Assembly (NCBI GenBank): GCA_964016885.1 | Contig: OZ024741.1 | Coordinates: 208,382,001-208,446,000 of the forward strand | From: Eledone cirrhosa | Lineage: Eukaryota | Direction: 5' to 3' | Length of the DNA stretch: 64,000 bases | Part shown: positions 10,050-24,900 of the stretch, one piece after another | Layout of the letters: each line of letters starts with the position of its first letter | How positions within the stretch are numbered: the first letter of the stretch is position 1 | Notes under the pieces: model-generated | What the model was told of the DNA's origin: nothing | The model's database searches: none | Seen by the model: the letters and a program-made list of their open reading frames with translations, nothing else | Program-made: the position numbers and the translations under genes

Positions 10050-10165
10050 CGATTGCCGCTGAGGTCAACTTTGCCTTTTATTTTACGGGGGTCAATAAAA
10101 TAAAGTAACAGTTAAGCACAACCCTAAAACTTGCTGGCCTTCAGCCTAAATTAGAAATCAATATT
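10050..10165 (+). mobile_element. tRNA-SINE family 1, degenerate
   Basis: gaggtcaactttgcc...aaaataaagtaacag...ttgctggcct..cctaaattagaaa. Further fragments at ~10180-10215 (+), ~10410-10530 (-) and ~10945-11030 (-). Confidence 0.65.
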
Positions 10166-12099
10166 TTAGAACCTTTTCTGTGTTCGAATCCCACCAAGTC
10201 AACTTTGTCTTTCGTTCTTTCAGAATCTATAATATTACATAGCAGCAATATGCTGTAGTTGATTTCCTCAGTGTTAGACAGCAATAGTTTGTGAAGTGTG
10301 AAAAATAGCCAATGGGCAGAATTTTCGGTAAACAAATGTAACGGAAGGTATTTGGTCTGGTAAACAAATAGAGAGAGTCAGAATATGGTGGGATTGTCAA
10401 CAATCGTTTATATACTTGACTGGTACTTTATTTTTTATTTTATTAAAGGACAAATATCAAATTCGACCAAAACCTGTAACTAAATTCCAGCAGGCATTTA
10501 GTCCGACTTCCTAACGATTCTGCCATGTCACCTTAATATTAGTGAAGCTGTAAATAGAAAAATATCAAAGTATTAATTGTTCCCTACCTCTCATAAATTA
10601 CTTCAGACCTGAGAATGAATTATCACAAACGGATACTGGAAATTTCCAAATAATTTTCAAAAACGTGTTATATTTGTTTTCTTTTATATTGTTTTTCATT
10701 CTTTATTTCTGATATAGAGTGGTATGGAATAATAATTTTTACTAATTAAGTAGATCGAATATTGGAGACTAATTAATCAATAGTATTTGCCAGAAAAAGT
10801 AGTAATTTTTCACCAGCCTTGATCTTCAATCAGTCAGAATATTTAATTTTCATAGCTGTTGATAAAAAAAATCCGTTATTTTGTCGCTAACCAAAAATCT
10901 AACTGTTCTTAAATATAATGTTTGTAGGGAAAGGATATCATCTACTGATTAAATCGACCGTTATTGATCTCTGATAGTGTATCGACCCTATAGGGGATGA
11001 AAGGCAAAGCCAAACTCGATTATATTTGAAATATCATACAGTAAAATCGCTACATAAGCGTGACATGCACGTATTTTATCATTTATTTCATTACATTAAC
11101 CACAGAACATACAGTAAAGTCACTAAATACTGTGTGGCATATGTAATATTGTATTAAAGAATACTTGAAGTCCTTCTGTCGATGTCGGAAAGTAAGAAAC
11201 AAAAGAGCAGGGCAGCAGACAGCAGCAGACACAACATCACTAACAACATTCACCAGAAGGAAATAAACAAACAACAGAACAACCGAGGTATCTTCGCCCC
11301 CATTACTGGATCGGTTGGAGGTTTCAAGCAACCGTACTACTCCATTATCTTGTGGCGGTGAAGAGGAAATGGAAACTGAGGAAGTGTGAGAAATTATCAG
11401 GACAGTAAAGGAAAAAAAGTGAAGAGAAATAAGTTATCCCATACAAAAGGCAAGAAAGAAGTTCATTCTTAAGGAGTATCTGTACTTCACGCCTATTCGA
11501 AGGCAAGACTACAGTTTACTTGATCTAAGACTGACCATAAGAGAGGGATATTAAAATAGTGTGCTGGTTGGGGGAGGATATTCTATGTACCAGACATTAC
11601 TAGATAATAAAGTGTTGTTATCGACAAGGCCTAGAATATAAAGAACACTTCAAGGCTCAGTAAAGTCAAAACGCTCACGGGAAAATTTCCTATCACCCAG
11701 TTTGCAGATGTTTATCAGAGCGGAGGTATTGTGTATCCCCCTCTTGAAATCTAGGTGGACCAAATAAATTGGTGGGGTTGTATATCAGAGGATTGTTTTC
11801 CTTTTGATTCGCGTCTAGCCTACAAAGTGAAGTTAGATGATTGTAGTCGGTGTTGTATCAATAAAAAATAAAAGCATACGGAAGACTGAACACTTACGAA
11901 TTAAGTGAAAATCACGTTGATATTCCTATCGGAGCAACATCTGCCGAAAAACCTGACGGACTTTTGTGTCAATATTGAAATCGTAGATATTGGGAATCCC
12001 GACCTCTAAGATGTAATGGATAGGCCTTGGAGGTGAAGAGGAAGAATTGGTACAATTGTTTTGCTGAACATGTTGACCATTATTTTAAATAGACTTACG

Positions 12100-14336
12100 C
12101 AGCATCATCGTGCGGTTTTGTTATTTATGACCTAGAATGAGGGCCGGTTAAACGCGGCAGAAAAATAAGCCATGCTGATGATGTTCAGGGGCGTCGCAGG
12201 GAAAAGCGGGTGGCAAGGAATTGATACGGCATAGATAGCCATGGGAGTCTTGAAGGAGCACGGCGGTCAGGAAAAAGAAAGGGCCGAGGAGGGGATGGTG
12301 GCTGACAGTGCATGGATGCGGCATCCTGAGGCATGACGTGGCAGTGGGACGACGGCCAGTAGGCAAGGAAGAGGGCAAGGGTGGACGGTGGCAAGGATGC
12401 CACATGGTGAGTCATAGCAGTCTTGAAGTAGCACTGCGGGCAGGCAAAAGAAAGGACCGAAGAGAGGATGGCGGCTGACAGAGCATTGATGCGGCATGGT
12501 GATGTTTGACGATGCATTGGGACGACGGCGTGCAGGGAACGGAGAGGGCAGGGGTTGACGGTGGCAGGGATGCGACTTGGTCCCTCAAGACTGCCATGCC
12601 TAGGCAGTGGAAAGGGTCGGGAGTGGATGGCGGCTGACAGGGCAGGGATGCAAATGATGAGGCATGACGAAAGGGCAGGGTGCATGGCGGCTGACAGGGC
12701 GTGGATGCGGCATGCCAATTGAGTTGCACCTCGGGAATGTAGAGAGCACCGGGAGGCACGAGGATCGTTTGAGAAAACCGGGTGCAAGGCAGGATGTTTA
12801 TCGGCCATACATGAACGGTAGGCTTTGGAGGAGAAAGGGATGAATTTTTGTTGAATTTTATTAAATATGTTCAAAATGAATGTAAAAAGACTTACACAGG
12901 ATCGTCTTCATGTTCGGTGCTGTCTTTGGTCTGAGATAATTGTTTCTACTTTAGGCACAAGGCCAGCAAATTACCCAGTGCATTACTGGTACTTTATTTT
13001 ATCGACCCCGTAAGGATGAAAGGCAAAGTCAACCTCGGCGGGATTTGAACTCAGATCGTAAAGGGACGTAACTATGCTGGAAAGCATGGCGTCCGACCCT
13101 CTACCGATACTGCCAATCCACCACCCTATTTGGTCTGAGATAATGGGCGGTTATGGGCGGTGCAGGAATAAACCATGCTGATGACATTTGAGCAACCATT
13201 TGACCCACTGCATAACGATGCAGTGGGTCGACGGCGTGCAGGGAAGGGAGATGGCCGGGATTGACGGTTGCAGGGATTCCGTATGGTGAGCCATGGCACT
13301 CGTGAATGATCGAAAGGGCTGAGGAGGGGATGGTGGCCGACAGGGCAGTAATGCGGCATGGTGAGGCATGACGATGCAGTGGGACAACGGCGTGCAGGGA
13401 AGGGAGAGGGCATGGGTTGACGGTGGCAGGGATGCGGCTTGGTCAGGCATGGAAGTCTTGAGCGCTCCCGGAGTGTAGGCAATGGAAATGGGCAGGGGTG
13501 GACGGTGGCAGGGATTCGGGATGTTGAGCCCTGGCACTCCTTAGAGACAACGGAGGGCAGGCAATGGAAAGGACCGGGGAATGAATTGTGGCTGACAGGG
13601 CAGAGATACGCATGGTGATGCACAACGATCCAGTGGGTCGACAGCGTGCAGGGAAGGGAGAGAGCAGGGGTTGACGGATGCCTCATTATGCTACTGAAGT
13701 GGAACCACTGGAATGAAGAAAGCGCATGGAGGCTCGATGATCGCTTGAGAAGACTGGGCGCAATACAGGATGATGCGCGGCGGTATAGTCTTGATAGTCC
13801 TTATATAAGAAATGGAAGAATCGGCATAAAAGGTTTGCTGAATATGGTGAGCGTTAATTTAAAGAGACTTACGGTGGATAATCCTGATAGATTGAGCGTC
13901 TTTTGCATGGCGGGAGTCGCGACAAATGGAAGCAAGAAGAATGGCGTTTTTCGGTAGCCGGACTTTTGCCTCTGGGGGTCCGATTATCGATTATTTGAAA
14001 ATTTCAATACCCCCACCTTGATCCCCGGATCAAAATACAAACCTACGTCAAATTTCATTGGAATCGGACAAATTTCGTAAATATCGATGTTTGCCTCTGG
14101 TGACCCAATTATCGATTTTTCATCGAAATCGGACGATTTTTGAAAATTTCGATTTTTGGCTTTTGGGAGCCCGATTATCGATTTTTTGAAAATTTCAAGT
14201 AGCCTATTCCAATCTACGGGTCGAGTTTTATATATGTGCCAAGTTTCATGAAAATCGGATGAACGGTGTAGCCTGCAAATTCGGGACACCAAACAAACAA
14301 ACAACGCCCAACTTCACTTTATATATAAGATAAGAT
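12100..14336 (-). mobile_element. Putative non-autonomous Helitron-like element with GC-rich internal subrepeats
   Basis: Minus strand begins tcttatatataaaagtgaag..(gttt)n..ccgttcatccgattttcatgaaacttggcac, resembling 5' ends of invertebrate non-autonomous Helitrons. Degenerate repeats gggttgacggtggcagggatgcg and ggcggctgacagggc at 12200-13680. The 3' end was not located, so the left boundary is a guess. Confidence 0.45.
12941..13128 (-). mobile_element. tRNA-SINE family 1, full length, with 16-bp TSD
   Basis: A and B boxes on the minus strand; TSD tttggtctgagataat at 12925-12940 and 13129-13144. Confidence 0.92.
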
Positions 14337-15429
14337 GTGTGTGCATGTGGTGTGTGTGTGTGTGCACGCGCATGTGCGTATATTATTTTATATTATTTCC
14401 TTGTTTTCCTCATGTAAATCCCCACACATATAATTAGTAATACAACCAAAAGGGCACATAATGGGAAAATACCTTGAAAGGAAGTTGGCCCTGAAATGGG
14501 AATACAAATGGAATAAAACAAGTTTCGCATAAATCAAAGCACGGGTTCCTGAGATATGGGGTTTTCTGGGTACCTTCATAAACAGAGTGAGAGAAGGATA
14601 GAGAGAAAGAGATAGTGGTTGTGAGAGAGTAGATTGAAAGAGAATACATAGAGAGAGGGAGAGGAGACAGAGAAGGAGAATCGAAGAGAAAAAGCTGGTG
14701 GTGCTGATGTATATGTGAGTGTGTGTGTATATAGATATGTGTGTGTATGACCAATGTATTTAGACCCACATATATATACACACTCACACACATACGTATA
14801 TATATATGTATACAAACACACACATTTATATATATATACATACACACACGTATATATATATATGGGCCTTCCAGTTTCATTTCACATTATATACATGCCT
14901 GTGTATATTTTAATTATCTAAAAATTATTTTTAAATGAATGTGATTTTAAAAAAATATTTTGAAGTGAACGTGACCCAACGGGTCACGGGTGGTCAAATA
15001 TTTGATGATATTCAGTTTCAAGCCACGAGGTGATGAGCTCGAATTCCTCTGCAGTACAAGACATTTCATCCCTCCTCGGTTTTGTGATATAAAAGAATCA
15101 TAGGTAGCAGTAATACACTGGTGCTAAAACAATAAATTACATTCCCTTCCTTTTACATTGATTTATATTGTTTATGAAATCAATATATTTCGTAATGGCC
15201 ATTCGATCGACACCGTTCTTATCTTTAATCACTTCCACATGTCCGTAATCATCATCATCATCATCATCAACATCATCATCGTTTAACATTTGAAACACCG
15301 TTTTGTAATGGTAATTGCTCGTTTGACCATGTTTGTCATTATCATCATCATCATCATCGTCGTCGGTGACGTTGGTAGCTTCATTACTGACATTATAACA
15401 TGACATCATTTTCATCATTATCGTTATTA

Positions 15430-15642
15430 GGGCGGAGGATTGACAGTATCAGTAGAGCATCAGACAACATGTTTTGTGGCATATAATTACGACCCTTTAC
15501 GTTTTGAGTTCAAATCCTCCCGAGGTTAGCCTTTCTTCCTTACGAGGTAGATAACATAAAGTACCAGTAACGTACTGGAGTCGATTTAATCGACTTTTTG
15601 CTCCCCCAAATTGTTGGCCTTGTGCCTAAATCTGAAACCATT
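15430..15642 (+). mobile_element. tRNA-SINE family 1, full length and diverged
   Basis: gggcggaggattgacagtatcagtagagc..gagttcaaatc..aaagtaccag..ttggccttgtgcctaaa. Confidence 0.85.
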
Positions 15643-15669
15643 TTCAGCTGGAAAATCACCAACATAATT

Positions 15670-15981
15670 AACATCACATCATTATCATCGTCATCACTAT
15701 CATCATCATCATGAGCAGCAGCAGCAGCAACAGCATCAACATCATCATCATCATCACTACCACGAACATTGTCACCTCCACCATCCCCGCTCCCACTGTC
15801 ACTACTACCACCAACACCATCATAATCATCATCATCATCATCATTATGACCTTCACCGCGAGCATCATCCCCGTACTATCATACCACAATTGTCCCAAAT
15901 TCCAACACAATTATCACAGTTACTATAACCACCACCTCCACCACCAGCACCAACACCACCACCGTTAGCACAACCTCATCA
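15670..15981. repeat. Mixed (CAT/CAG/CAC)n trinucleotide low-complexity tract
   Basis: Direct reading; grades into the 21-bp minisatellite. Confidence 0.85.
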
Positions 15982-18900
15982 TCACCACCACAACCTCCAT
16001 CAGCACCACCACAACCGCCATCAGCACCACCACAACCTCCATCAGCACCACCACAACCTCCATCAGCACCACCACAACCTCCATCAGCATCACCACAACC
16101 TCCATCAGCACCACCACAACCTCTATCATCTGAACAGCACCACAACCTCCATCAGCACCACCACAACCTCCATCAGCACCACCACAACCGCCATCAGCAC
16201 CACCACCACCTCCATCAGCACCACCACAACCTCCATCAGCACCACCACAACCTACATCAGCACCACCACACCCTCCATCAGCACCACCACACCCTCCATC
16301 AGCACCACTACCACCTCCATCAGCACCACCACCACCTCCATCAGCACCACCACCACCTCCATCAGCACCACCACCACCTCCATCAGCACCATCACAACCC
16401 CTATCCTCTGAACACCACCACAACCTCCATCAGCACCACCAACACCTCCATCAGCACCACCACAACCTCCATCAGCACCACCACCACCTCCATCAGCACC
16501 ACCACCACCTCCATCAGCACCACCACAACCCCTATCCTCTGAACACCACCACAACCTCCATCAGCACCACCACAACCTCCATCAGTACCACTACAACCTC
16601 CATCAGCACCAACACACCCTCCATCAGCACCACCACCACCTCTATCAGCACCACCACAACCTCCATCAGCACCACCACACCCTCCATCAGCAACACCACA
16701 ACCTCCATCAGCACCACCACAACCTCCATCAGCACCACCACCACCTCCATCAGCACCACCACACCCTCCATCAGCACCACCACACCCTCCATCAGCAACA
16801 CCACAACCTCCATCAGCACCACCACAACCTCCATCAGCACCACCACAACCTCCATCAGCACCACCACACCCTCCATCAGCAACACCACAACCTCCATCAG
16901 CACCACCACACCCTCCATCAGCACCACCACACCCTCCATCAGCAACACCACAACCTCCATCAGCACCACCACAACCTCCATCAGCACCTACACAACCTCC
17001 ATCAGCACCCCCGCCACCTCCATCCGCACCACCACAACCTCCATCAGCACCACCACAACCTCCCTCAGTACCACTACAACCTCCATCAGCACCAACACAA
17101 CCTCCATCAGCACCACCACCACCTCTATCAGCACCACCACAACCTCCATCAGCACCCCCGCCACCTCCATCAGCACCACCACACCCTCCATCAGCACCAC
17201 CACACCCTCCATCAGCAACACCACAACCTCCATCAGCACCACCAACACCTCCATCAGCACACCCACAACCTCCATCAGCACCACCACAACCTCCATCAGC
17301 ACCACCACACCCTCCATCAGCAACACCACAACCTCCATCAGCACCACCACAACCTCCATCAGCACCTACACAACCTCCATCAGCACCCCCGCCATCTCCA
17401 TCCGCACCACCACAACCTCCATCAGCACCACCACAACCTCCATCAGCACCAACACCACCTCCATCAGCACCACCACAACCTCCATCAGCATATACACAAC
17501 CTCCATCAGCACCCCCACCACCTCCATCCGCACCACCACAACCTCCATCCGCACCACCACAACCTCCATCAGCACCACCACACCCTCCATCAGCACCAAC
17601 ACAACCTCCATCAGCACCACCACCACCTCCATCAGCACCTACACAACCTCCATCAGCACCACCACACCCTCCATCAGCACCACTACAAGCACCAGCCGCA
17701 CCACCACAACCTCCATCAGCACCACCACCACCTCCATCCGCACCACCACAACCTCCATCAGCACCACCACAACCTCCATCAGCACCACCACCACCTCCAT
17801 CAGCACCTACACAACCTCCATCAGCACCACCACACCCTCCATAAGCACCACCACAACCTCCATCCGCACCACCACAACCTCCATCAGCACCACCACAACC
17901 TCCATCAGCACCACCACCACCTCCATCAACACCTACACAACCTCCATCAGCACCACCACACCCTCCATAAGCACCACCACAACCTCCATCAGCACCACCA
18001 CCACCTCTATCAGCACCAACACAACCTCCATCAGCACCACCACACCCTCCATCAGCACCACCACAACCTCCATCCGCACCACCACAACTTCCATCAGCAC
18101 CACCACAACCTCCATCAGCACCACCACAACCTCCATCCGCACCACCACCACCTCCATCAACACCACCACAACCTCCATCAGCACCACCACCACCTCCAGC
18201 AACACCACCACAACCTCCATCAGCACCACCACCACCTCCATCAGCACCACCACAACCTCCATCCGCACCACCACCACCTCCATCAACACCACCACAACCT
18301 CCATCAGCACCACCACAACCTACATCAGCACCGCCACAACCGCTATCCTCTGAACACAAACACAACCTCCATCAGCACCACCACACCCTCCACCAGCACC
18401 AACACAACCTCCATCATCACCACCACAACCTCCAACAGCACCACCACAACCTCCAACAGCGCCACCACAACCTCCATCATCACCACCACAACCTCCAACA
18501 GCACCACCACAACCTCCAACAGCGCCACCACAATCTCCATTAGCACCACCACAACCTCCACCACCAGCACCACCACAACCTACATCAGCACCACCACTAT
18601 CTCTATCCTCTGAACACCACCACAACATCCATCAGCAACACCACAACCTCTAACAGCACCACCACCACCTCCACCAGCACCACCACCACTTCCATCAGCA
18701 CAAACACAACCTCCATCAGCACCACCACCGCCTCCATCAGCACCAACACAAGCCCTATCATCTGAACACCACCACAACCGCCATTAGCACCACCACAACC
18801 TCCATCAGCACCACCACAAACTCCATCAGCACCAACACAACCCCTATCCACTGAACACCACCACAACCGCCATCATCACCACCACTCCCTCCATCAGCAC

Positions 18901-21900
18901 CACCACCACCTCCATCAGCACCAACACAACCTCCAGCAGCACCACCACAACCTCCATCAGCATCACCACCACCTCCATCAGCACCTACACAACCTCCATC
19001 AGCACCAACACCACCTCCATCAGCACCAACAACACCTCCATCAACACCTACACAACCTCCATCAGCACCACGACAACCTCCATCAGCACCACCACCACCT
19101 CCAGCAGTACCTACACAACCTCCATCAGCACCACCACAACCTCCATCAGCACCACCACAACCTCCATCAGCACCACCACAACCTCCATCAGCACCACCAC
19201 AACCTCCATCAGCACCACCACACCCTCCATCAGCACCACCACAACCTCCATGATAACCTACACAACCTCCATGAACACCACCACAACCTCCATCAGCACC
19301 ACCACACCCTCCATCAGCACCACCACAACCTCAATCAGCACCACCACAACCTCCATCAGCACCACCACCACCTCGATCAGCACCAACACAACCTCCAGCA
19401 GCACCACCACAACCTCCATCAGCACCACCACACCCTCCATCAGCACCACTACAACCTCAATCAGCACCACCACAACCTCCATCAGCACCACCACCACCTC
19501 GATCAGCACCACCACACCCTCCATCAGCACCACCACAACCTCCATCAGCACCACCACACCCTCCATCAGCACCACCACAACCTCCAACAGCACCACCACA
19601 ACTTCCATCAGCACCACCACAACCTCCATCAGCACCACCCAACCTCCCTCAGTACCACCACAACCTCCATCAACACCACCACACCCTCCATCAGCACCAC
19701 CACCACCTCCATCAGCACCACCACAACCTCCATCAGCACCACCACAACCTCCAGCAGCACCACCACCACCTCCATCAGCACCACCACCACCTCCAGCAGC
19801 ACCACCACCACCTCCATCAGCACCACCACACCCTCCATCAGCACCTACACAATCTCCAGCAGCACCAACACAACCTCCATCAGCACCACCACACCCTCCA
19901 TCAGCACCACCACGACCTCCATCAGCACCTACACAACCTCCATCAGCACCACCACACCCTTCATCAGCACCACCACCACCTCCAGCAGCACCACCACAAC
20001 CTCCATCAGCACCACCACCACCTCCGACAGCACCAACACAACCTCCATCAGCACCACCACACCCTCCATCAGCACCACCACACCCTCCATCAGCACCACC
20101 ACAACCTCCAGCAGCACCACCACAACCTCCATCAGCACCACCACCACCTCCGACAGCACCAACACAACCTCCATCAGCACCACCACACCCTCCATCAGCA
20201 CCACCACAACCTCCATCCGCACCACCACAACTTCCATCAGCACCACCACCACCTCCATCAGCACCACCACAACCTCCATCCGCACCACCACCACCTCCAT
20301 CAACACCACCACAACCTCCATCAGCACCACCACAACCTACATCAGCACCGCCACAACCGCTATCCTCTGAACACAAACACAACCTCCATCAGCACCACCA
20401 CACCCTCCACCAGCACCAACACAACCTCCATCATCACCACCACAACCTCCAACAGCACCACCACAACCTCCAACAGCGCCACCACAACCTCCATCATCAC
20501 CACCACAACCTCCAACAGCACCACCACAACCTCCAACAGCGCCACCACAATCTCCATTAGCACCACCACAACCTCCACCACCAGCACCACCACAACCTAC
20601 ATCAGCACCACCACTATCTCTATCCTCTGAACACCACCACAACATCCATCAGCAACACCACAACCTCTAACAGCACCACCACCACCTCCACCAGCACCAC
20701 CACCACTTCCATCAGCACAAACACAACCTCCATCAGCACCACCACCGCCTCCATCAGCACCAACACAAGCCCTATCATCTGAACACCACCACAACCGCCA
20801 TTAGCACCACCACAACCTCCATCAGCACCACCACAACCTCCATCAGCACCAACACAACCCCTATCCACTGAACACCACCACAACCGCCATCAGCACCACC
20901 ACTCCCTCCATCAGCACCACCACCACCTCCATCAGCACCAACACAACCTCCAGCAGCACCACCACAACCTCCATCAGCATCACCACCACCTCCATCAGCA
21001 CCTACACAACCTCCATCAGCACCAACACCACCTCCATCAGCACCAACAACACCTCCAGCAGCACCTACACAACCTCCATCAGCACCACCACAACCTCCAT
21101 CAGCACCACCACAACCTCCATCAGCACCACCACCACCTCCAGCAGTACCTACACAACCTCCATCAGCACCACCACAACCTCCATCAGCACCACCACAACC
21201 TCCATCAGCACCACCACACCCTCCATCAGCACCACCACACCCTCCATCAGCACCACCACAACCTCCATCAGCACCACCACCACCTCCAGCAGTACCTACA
21301 CAACCTCCATCAGCACCACCACAACCTCCATCAGCACCACCACAACCTCCATCAACACCACAACACCCTCCATCAGCACCACCACACCCTCCATCAGCAC
21401 CACCACAACCTCAATCAGCACCACCACAACCTCCATCAGCACCACCCGACCTCCATCAGCACCACCACAACCTCCAACAGCACCACCACAACTTCCATCA
21501 GCACCACCCAACCTCCATCAGCACCACCACAACCTCCATCAGCACCACCACAACTTCCATCAGCACCACCCAACCTCCATCAGCACCACCACAACCTCAA
21601 TCAGCACCACCACCACCTCCATCAGCACCACCACAACCTCCATCAGCACCACCACAACCTCCATCAGCACAAACACAACCTCCATCAGCACCACCACAAC
21701 CTCCATCAGCACCACCACCACCTCCATCAGCACCACCACAACCTCCATCAGCACCACCACACCCTCCATCAGCACCACCACACCCTCCATCAGCACCACC
21801 ACACCCTCCATCAGCAACACCACACCCTCCATCAGCAACACCACACCCTCCATCAGCACCACCACACCCTCCATCAGCACCACCACAACATCCATCAGCA

Positions 21901-24900
21901 CCAACACAACCTCCATCAGCACCACCACACCCTCCATCAGCACCACCACACCCTCCATCAGCAACACCACACCCTCCATCAGCACAAACACAACCTCCAT
22001 CAGCACCACCACACCCTCCATCAGCACCACCACAACCTCCATCAGCACCAACACAACCTCCATCAGCACCACCACACCCTCCATCAGCAACACCACACCC
22101 TCCATCAGCAACACCACACCCTCCATCAGCACCACCACAACCTCCATCAGCATATACACAACCTCCATCAGCACCACCACAACCTCCAGCAGCACCACCA
22201 CCACCTCCATCAGCACCACCACCACCTCCAGCAGCACCACCACCACCTCCATCAGCACCACCACCACCTCCATCAGCACCCACCCCCACCACCTCCATCA
22301 GCACCACCTCACCCTCCATCAGCACCTACACAATCTCCATCAGCACCACCACAACCTCCATCAGCACCACCACAACCTCCATCAGCACCACCCAACCTCC
22401 CTCAGTACCACCACAACCTCCATCAACACCAACACACCCTCCATCAGCACCACCACCACCTCCATCAGCACCACCACAACCTCCAGCAGCACCACCACCA
22501 CCTCCATCAGCACCACCACCACCTCCATCAGCACCCACCCCCACCACCTCCATCAGCACCACCACACCCTCCATCAGCACCTACACAATCTCCAGCAGCA
22601 CCAACACAACCTCCATCAGCACCACCACACCCTCCATCAGCACCACCACGACCTCCATCAGCACCTACACAACCTCCATCAGCACCACCACAACCTCCAT
22701 CAGCACCACCACGACCTCCATCAGCACCTACACAATCTCCAGCCGCACCAACACAACCTCCATCAGCACCACCACAACCTCCAGCAGCACCACCACACCC
22801 TTCATCAGCACCACCACCACCTCCAGCAGCACCACCACACCCTCCATCAGCACCTACACAACCTCTATCAGCACCACCACACCCTCCATCAGCACCTACA
22901 CAACCTCCAGCAGCACCACCACCGCCTCCATCAGCACCACCACAACCTCCATCAGCACCACCACCACCTCCGACAGCACCAACACAACCTCCATCAGCAC
23001 CACCACACCCTCCATCAGCACCACCACAACCTCCATCCGCACCACCACAACTTCCATCAGCACCACCACCACCTCCATCAGCACCACCACAACCTCCATC
23101 CGCACCACCACCACCTCCATCAACACCACCACAACCTCCATCAGCACCACCACAACCTACATCAGCACCGCCACAACCGCTATCCTCTGAACACAAACAC
23201 AACCTCCATCAGCACCACCACACCCTCCACCAGCACCAACACAACCTCCATCATCACCACCACAACCTCCAACAGCACCACCACAACCTCCAACAGCGCC
23301 ACCACAACCTCCATCATCACCACCACAACCTCCAACAGCACCACCACAACCTCCAACAGCGCCACCACAATCTCCATTAGCACCACCACAACCTCCACCA
23401 CAAGCACCACCACAACCTACATCAGCACCACCACTATCTCTATCCTCTGAACACCACCACAACATCCATCAGCAACACCACAACCTCTAACAGCACCACC
23501 ACCACCTCCACCAGCACCACCACCACTTCCATCAGCACAAACACAACCTCCATCAGCACCACCACCGCCTCCATCAGCACCAACACAAGCCCTATCATCT
23601 GAACACCACCACAACCGCCATTAGCACCACCACAACCTCCATCAGCACCAACACAACCCCTATCCACTGAACACCACCACAACCGCCATCAGCACCACCA
23701 CTCCCTCCATCAGCACCACCACCACCTCCATCAGCACCAACACAACCTCCAGCAGCACCACCACAACCTCCATCAGCATCAGCACCACCTCCATCAGCAC
23801 CTACACAACCTCCATCAGCACCAACACCACCTCCATCAGCACCAACAACACCTCCAGCAGCACCTACACAACCTCCATCAGCACCATCACAACCTCCATC
23901 AGCACCACCACAACCTCCATCAGCACCACCACCACCTCCAGCAGTACCTACACAACCTCCATCAGCACCACCACAACCTCCATCAGCACCACCACAACCT
24001 CCATCAGCACCACCACACCCTCCATCAGCACCACCACAACCTCAATCAGCACCACCACAACCTCCATCAGCACCACCCGACCTCCATCAGCACCACCACA
24101 ACCTCCAACAGCACCACCACAACTTCCATCAGCACCACCCAACCTCCATCAGCACCACCACAACCTCCATCAGCACCACCACCACCTCCAGCAGTACCTA
24201 CACAACCTCCATCAGCACCTACACAACCTCCATCAGCACCAACACCACCTCCATCAGCACCAACAACACCTCCAGCAGCACCTACACAACCTCCATCAGC
24301 ACCACCACAACCTCCATCAGCACCACCACAACCTCCATCAGCACCACCACCACCTCCAGCAGTACCTACACAACCACCATCAGCACCACCACAACCTCCA
24401 TCAGCACCACCACAACCTCCATCAGCACCACCACACCCTCCATCAGCACCACCACACCCTCCATCAGCACCACCACAACCTCCATCAGCACCACCACAAC
24501 CTCCATCAGCACCACCACCACCTCCAGCAGTACCTACACAACCTCCATCAGCACCACCACAACCTCCATCAGCACCACCACAACCTCCATCAACACCACA
24601 ACACCCTCCATCAGCACCACCACACCCTCCATCAGCACCACCACAACCTCAATCAGCACCACCACAACCTCCATCAGCACCACCCGACCTCCATCAGCAC
24701 CACCACAACCTCCAACAGCACCACCACAACTTCCATCAGCACCACCCAACCTCCATCAGCACCACCACAACCTCCATCAGCACCACCACAACTTCCATCA
24801 GCACCACCCAACCTCCATCAGCACCACCACAACCTCAATCAGCACCACCACCACCTCCATCAGCACCACCACAACCTCCATCGGCACCACCACAACCTCC

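Noticed and set aside
11083-11900. Possible host exon or ORF remnant
   Set aside because: No recognisable domain, no consistent frame and no clear splice signals.
14970-14988. Hairpin cgtgaccc-aac-gggtcacg as a Helitron 3' end or terminator
   Set aside because: No correctly spaced CTRR terminus, and it cannot be linked to the neighbouring element.
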